Program-made: the position numbers and the translations under genes
Shown: positions 35,229 to 38,719 of the stretch, piece after piece
Layout: every line of letters starts with the position of its first letter
Position numbering within the stretch: the first letter of the stretch is position 1
The notes under the pieces: model-generated
Database searches by the model: none
What the model was told of the DNA's origin: nothing
What the model saw: the letters and a program-made list of their open reading frames with translations, nothing else
Source of the DNA: Bdellovibrionota bacterium
Lineage (GTDB): Bacteria > Bdellovibrionota > UBA1018 > UBA923
NCBI GenBank assembly: GCA_040754655.1
Contig: JBFMCE010000033.1
Coordinates: 1-38,719 of the forward strand
Length of the DNA stretch: 38,719 bases
Reading direction: 5' to 3'

Positions 35229-36143
35229 TTGATAAACGGCGATAGGATTCCACAGTCCGACAAAGTCAAAATTCTTTCTGTGGACGACCACCCAGCGAAT
35301 CTCCTCGCTTTGGAGGCCGTGCTTTCCAATCCTCTTTATAAAATCGTTGGGGCAGCCTCAGGCAGAGAAGCGCTTAAGGCCCTCATGCGAGATGAATTTG
35401 CTTTGATCCTCCTTGATGTTCAGATGCCAGAAATGGATGGCTTCGAAACAGCGACCCGCATTCGACAGGACTCTCGATTTCGGCACTTGCCAATCATTTT
35501 CATAACCGCAGTCTACTCGGAGACGCAGTTTGTAATGAAGGGCTATGAAACAGGCGCTGTGGACTACATCATCAAGCCTTTTGAACCCGCGATCTTGAAG
35601 TCCAAAGTATCGGTTTTTGCCGATTTGTACTGTTACCGCCGGGAACTGCTGCGGAGAGCGGAAGCCCTCCACTTCGCAGAGTTGGAACGTGCCAGGCAAG
35701 CTGAACTCCTCCGGCGGGAGCAAGAGGAAAGGCAAAGAGCCGAAGAGTCAAAGCGTTACTTTGAGGACCTTGTTAATCGTCTCGATCATTCAATCGTTTG
35801 GGAAGCAGAGATTACGCGCTCTTCAATTTTATTTCGTTTCGTTAGTCGTCGATCAGAAATGCTTTTAGGGTATCCGCAGCAGCAGTGGTTTGAGGAAGAG
35901 GACTTCCTCCTCAAGCATACTCATCCCGAGGATCGTGAAAAATTTCGAGGTCTTTTGAACAAGTCACATTCACAGGGCACTGACGAACGGTGTGAACACC
36001 GGATGGTGGCGAAGGACGGGAGAGTGTATTGGTTTCACACGGGTATTCAGGCAGAGAAAGCAACCCTTGAAGGACTCGTTGTTCTTCGGGGTTTGAGCGT
36101 GGAAATTAGCGATCTCATGGCGGTGCGTACTTCTGCCGCTTAA
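35229..36143 (+). CDS. Response regulator receiver + coiled coil + PAS/PAC protein (no output domain; possibly truncated)
   Basis: ILSVDDH, LILLDVQMPEMDG, IIFITA, DYIIKP; PAS HPEDRE...HRMVAKDGRVYW. AAGGAG RBS precedes TTG 35229. Confidence 0.85.
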   Translation: MINGDRIPQSDKVKILSVDDHPANLLALEAVLSNPLYKIVGAASGREALKALMRDEFALILLDVQMPEMDGFETATRIRQDSRFRHLPIIFITAVYSETQFVMKGYETGAVDYIIKPFEPAILKSKVSVFADLYCYRRELLRRAEALHFAELERARQAELLRREQEERQRAEESKRYFEDLVNRLDHSIVWEAEITRSSILFRFVSRRSEMLLGYPQQQWFEEEDFLLKHTHPEDREKFRGLLNKSHSQGTDERCEHRMVAKDGRVYWFHTGIQAEKATLEGLVVLRGLSVEISDLMAVRTSAA

Positions 36144-36202
36144 AGTTGGCGGCTTGGGGAGCCTTGGCGATCTGGAAGGAAATTTGCACTTCGCATCTTT
36201 AG

Positions 36203-36752
36203 ATGTTCAATGCCTTGCGGGACTTCTTTACTCAAGAAGGCTTCATGCCGCGTAACCACAGCTACCTGGCTAAGCCTAGCCTGGTTTGGGCGCTCTGGAA
36301 TCCGGATTATTGAGTATTGTCCTGCGTCAAGGTTCTCACCGCCGTCGCTTCCGTCGGCACTGAATCAGCGCAGCAAAGTGAAGCCCGTCAAATCAAGATT
36401 GACGAGTCGACTTTCGATTTGATTGCAAGGGAAAGCACTCTTCGACTCAGCTCCCATGGTTGAAGAGGTCGTCCATCGTTTTCGAGACGAGTGCAAAATC
36501 GCAGGTTGCGAGATCAGATCAGAAATTGAGCCTCAGATCGTGGGTTTCTTTGATCACTTCCCGAAGGTGGTGATGCGTGGGATCCGCGATCGTGGACCGG
36601 GAATTCCCAAGGATGCCCAGTCACGGATATTTGAGCGTTTTGAGCGCGTGGTTCCGGTCTCTGGAATTAGTGGGCTGGGGCGAGGCGCGCTCTTTAGCGT
36701 CGCACTTCCGCTTGCCGGCGAAGCGGAAGGTGACAAGGATGTCGCGGCCTAA
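36203..36752 (+). pseudogene. Remnant of an ethylene-receptor-like membrane histidine kinase (nonsense codon, frameshift, several deletions)
   Basis: From ATG 36203: ...FMPRNHSYLAKPSLVWALWNPDY*VLSCVKVLTAVASVGT. In another frame (36423-36752) is an HATPase fragment lacking the N box and most of the G2 region. Confidence 0.72.
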
Positions 36753-36840
36753 TCAAAGTGCATAAAGAGGCAAGGGCCAGTTCTTTTTATTTTTTACAGC
36801 GAGCTTTTGTACGAGCGACCCGGGACATAGGTAAGAAAAT

Positions 36841-36861
36841 TGGTCGGGCCGACTGGGCTCG
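36841..36861 (-). mobile_element. att site: duplicated 3' end of a tRNA-Pro gene, left boundary of an integrated element
   Basis: Minus strand CGAGC-CCAGT-CGGCCCG-A-CCA = T-loop remainder, T-stem, acceptor strand ending in G72-A73-CCA (Pro identity). No 5' half of a tRNA is present. Confidence 0.7.
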
Positions 36862-36987
36862 TAAGAGACAAAATCGTAACGTATCAAAAACACTGACTCA
36901 TTCAATAAAACCAATGGGTTGCTCGCCAACGACTAACTGAACGAAACTGAATCAAAATGCATCAAAAAGCATATGAGATAGGCCTGC

Positions 36988-37006
36988 TGTCCCCCCGTTG
37001 TCCCCC
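36988..37006 (+). repeat. Tandem direct repeat TGTCCCCC x2 (candidate integrase arm-type sites)
   Basis: Copies at 36988-36995 and 36999-37006 (11-bp period), about 130 nt inside the att site. Confidence 0.5.
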
Positions 37007-37102
37007 ATGAGCCAGGACGGCCTGCGGAGTGAAAATGTTCGGGCCATTCAAATCCGATCCAAGTCAGCTTGCAAAGATCTCTTTCAAAAAGGAGATCTGT
37101 TC

Positions 37103-37297
37103 ATGCGTCCTATCGATATCAGCGGATTGGTAAAAGGAATCACTGCCATCATTTTATTGGCTATTGCCATTGGACAATATGATCGAGCTCAAAGTTTCGC
37201 AACGAAAGAAGCCATTAAAGCTTTTAAACCATGGCGCGGTCCAAATAAGATTTTCCCGACTGGGAACAACATCACCAACAAAGGCAGGGGCAAATGA
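37103..37297 (+). CDS. Small hypothetical membrane/exported protein (64 aa)
   Basis: AAGGAG RBS; MRPIDISGLVKGITAIILLAIAIGQY hydrophobic segment. Confidence 0.65.
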   Translation: MRPIDISGLVKGITAIILLAIAIGQYDRAQSFATKEAIKAFKPWRGPNKIFPTGNNITNKGRGK

Positions 37298-37302
37298 AAA
37301 CT

Positions 37303-37671
37303 TTAATCAATATGAAACTCATGCCAGATGTAATCAACTCGATCTTTGGCATCAAACCTAACCCATCGTCGATCAGAATCTGCTGTATCAGAATCTTGGT
37401 CTGAATAAGACCAACCACATCCATCTTTGTCACATTCTCTATTGAGGGGCTCGCCTACCAGTGACCGGACTTCTGCACTAGACATTCCATACGTAATCTT
37501 TGCGAAGCCAGCCTCCGAAAAGTCTTTAGCCCAAATCGTTCCAGTCATCGGCGTCATGATGGTTCTCCAAAATGCATTTTCCCAGTCGTAACGATATCTC
37601 ACCTTGTTCATGATCAACATAATTCCGAAGAAAGCAATGAGACTTAGAATGACTTGAAAGCTGCGTTTCAT
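37303..37671 (-). CDS. SmpA/OmlA (BamE-like) domain membrane-anchored protein
   Basis: N-terminal TM; FAKITYGMSSAEVRSLVGEP...WSYS...VRFDAKDRV. Confidence 0.75.
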   Translation of the reverse strand: MKRSFQVILSLIAFFGIMLIMNKVRYRYDWENAFWRTIMTPMTGTIWAKDFSEAGFAKITYGMSSAEVRSLVGEPLNRECDKDGCGWSYSDQDSDTADSDRRWVRFDAKDRVDYIWHEFHID

Positions 37672-37677
37672 TCTTCA

Positions 37678-38256
37678 CTATCCTTTCACTTCAAGGTTGT
37701 TGAAGACTTCTCGATCGCGTTTTGTTCGAATGTAAGGTTTTCCAGTGCTTGGAAATACGGGCCGTGCATTTGCAATTTCACCATTGCAAGTCATACTGAG
37801 AGCAACATCGGGCTTCACCCAGCCCACGTTTGTCACATGATATTTCGTAGTTCTCTTTTTCTTATTTCTTTGAACATCATCGATAAACTTAATAGGAACA
37901 GCCCAATTTTCAGATTTGTTGTACTTAATCCCTTTTTTTGTAAATTCTTCGTCAGTTACCGGTTTTCTTTTAACTTTAGAAGTTCTTATCCCTTCGCCGT
38001 CATCAAATATCTCGATTGTCGATGCGTCATAAACCTTCCACCAAGACTTATGACCCTCGATAGGCTTTCCATCTAATCGACGGAATCCGTCTACATCCAC
38101 ATTCTGCGGAGATCTTGTCCTCGGAGGAAGAATATAGGCGGTTGCGATCCCTTCCTCGCCTTGGACTATCCAAAGAAGTTTTGAGGAATAATTGATGATC
38201 CTCCCTTTAAAACCAAGTTTCTTCCAGATCTTTCTTAAGATTTGATATGAATCCAT
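37678..38256 (-). CDS. Hypothetical basic protein (192 aa)
   Basis: Long AT-rich ORF 6 nt upstream of the BamE-like gene; no recognised family. Confidence 0.6.
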   Translation of the reverse strand: MDSYQILRKIWKKLGFKGRIINYSSKLLWIVQGEEGIATAYILPPRTRSPQNVDVDGFRRLDGKPIEGHKSWWKVYDASTIEIFDDGEGIRTSKVKRKPVTDEEFTKKGIKYNKSENWAVPIKFIDDVQRNKKKRTTKYHVTNVGWVKPDVALSMTCNGEIANARPVFPSTGKPYIRTKRDREVFNNLEVKG

Positions 38257-38273
38257 TTTGGACCGCCTACGAC

Positions 38274-38302
38274 TTGAACATTTTTATCGATAGTGGTATT
38301 CT
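38274..38302 (+). promoter_or_regulatory. Sigma-70 promoter (extended -10) for the DUF6516 pair, near-leaderless
   Basis: TTGAAC-N17-TATTCT with TG at the extended position; ATG 9 nt downstream; no Shine-Dalgarno. Confidence 0.55.
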
Positions 38303-38311
38303 AAAACCAAT

Positions 38312-38602
38312 ATGAAAGCTCGTCAACTATTCTGGCAAAAATCCCGTCTTCAAGACAGATACGTTGTCGAGCTCAATATTCACGAGGTCGGAGATCCGGT
38401 AAGGTATCCTGATGGAGTTAAGTACGGGCTAGCTTGTGTAGATCTCGTTACACGGAAAAGGATTCTTATGGATAATCACCATCCGAAAGGACCTCACGTT
38501 CATCTGGATAACATCGAAGTTCCGTACTCGTTTCAGGATGTCCCGACACTGATAAACGATTTCAAACGATTAGTCTTGGAACATTTGGAGGTAAAACTAT
38601 GA
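38312..38602 (+). CDS. DUF6516/TumE-like putative toxin
   Basis: RYPDGVKYGL...LMDNHHPKGPHVH...PYSFQDVPTLINDF matches this family as I recall it. Confidence 0.75.
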   Translation: MKARQLFWQKSRLQDRYVVELNIHEVGDPVRYPDGVKYGLACVDLVTRKRILMDNHHPKGPHVHLDNIEVPYSFQDVPTLINDFKRLVLEHLEVKL

Positions 38603-38719
38603 AAACCTTGGTTGTATCCCTTAAAAGCTCTGGAGAGGTCCTTAAGGGCTTTGAGAGTGCTTTAAAAAAAGCGCGTTCAGGTCGAATAAAAAAACCACAC
38701 TATGAAATTTCTTTTGATA
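38599..38719 (+). CDS. N-terminus of the cognate antitoxin/HTH regulator (HVO_A0114-like), truncated by window edge
   Basis: GGAGG RBS, ATGA overlap; MKTLVVSLKSSGEVLKGFESALKKARSGRIKKPHYEISFD. Confidence 0.65.
   Translation, partial: MKTLVVSLKSSGEVLKGFESALKKARSGRIKKPHYEISFD

Noticed and set aside
36423..36752. Functional stand-alone HATPase protein
   Set aside because: Lacks the N box and part of G2 and has no RBS; treated as part of a pseudogene.
36841..36920. Complete tRNA-Pro gene
   Set aside because: Only the 3' 21 nt are tRNA-like; no D arm, anticodon arm or 5' acceptor strand.
1..38719. CRISPR array, rRNA, transposase or integrase genes; the many short antisense or alternate-frame ORFs in the track
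   Set aside because: No regularly spaced repeats or such genes were seen by eye. The short ORFs lie inside well-supported genes and show no motifs.

Overview
Bacterial genomic window, roughly 50-55% GC by eye and AT-richer at both ends. Gene content and protein style suggest a Bdellovibrionota/Oligoflexia- or Myxococcota-like heterotroph; this is inference only, as no marker gene is present. The main signal is a minus-strand arc-like regulator > mcr (bifunctional malonyl-CoA reductase, 1214 aa) > pcs (trifunctional propionyl-CoA synthase, 1833 aa) unit, encoding the two signature enzymes of the 3-hydroxypropionate bi-cycle. About 2 kb away is a tightly coupled operon of cyclophilin, split NAD(P) transhydrogenase (pntA1-pntA2-pntB), dihydrolipoamide dehydrogenase, a lipoyl-less E2 catalytic domain and a metzincin. 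Between them lie a structured non-coding stretch, a small HNH nuclease, a Rof-like protein and a degenerate Tat-exported PhoX-like protein. The middle holds exported or odd proteins: a transglutaminase-like 1022 aa protein, a signal-peptide-bearing degenerate ClpB-D2-like AAA+ domain, a beta-barrel, a C45 hydrolase, FecR and an ATP-grasp ligase. The right third is accessory: a DUF4160/BrnA-like TA pair, a signalling cluster with a heavily deleted ethylene-receptor-like kinase pseudogene, and a tRNA-Pro 3'-end att site marking the edge of an integrated element that carries a second TA pair and runs off the window.
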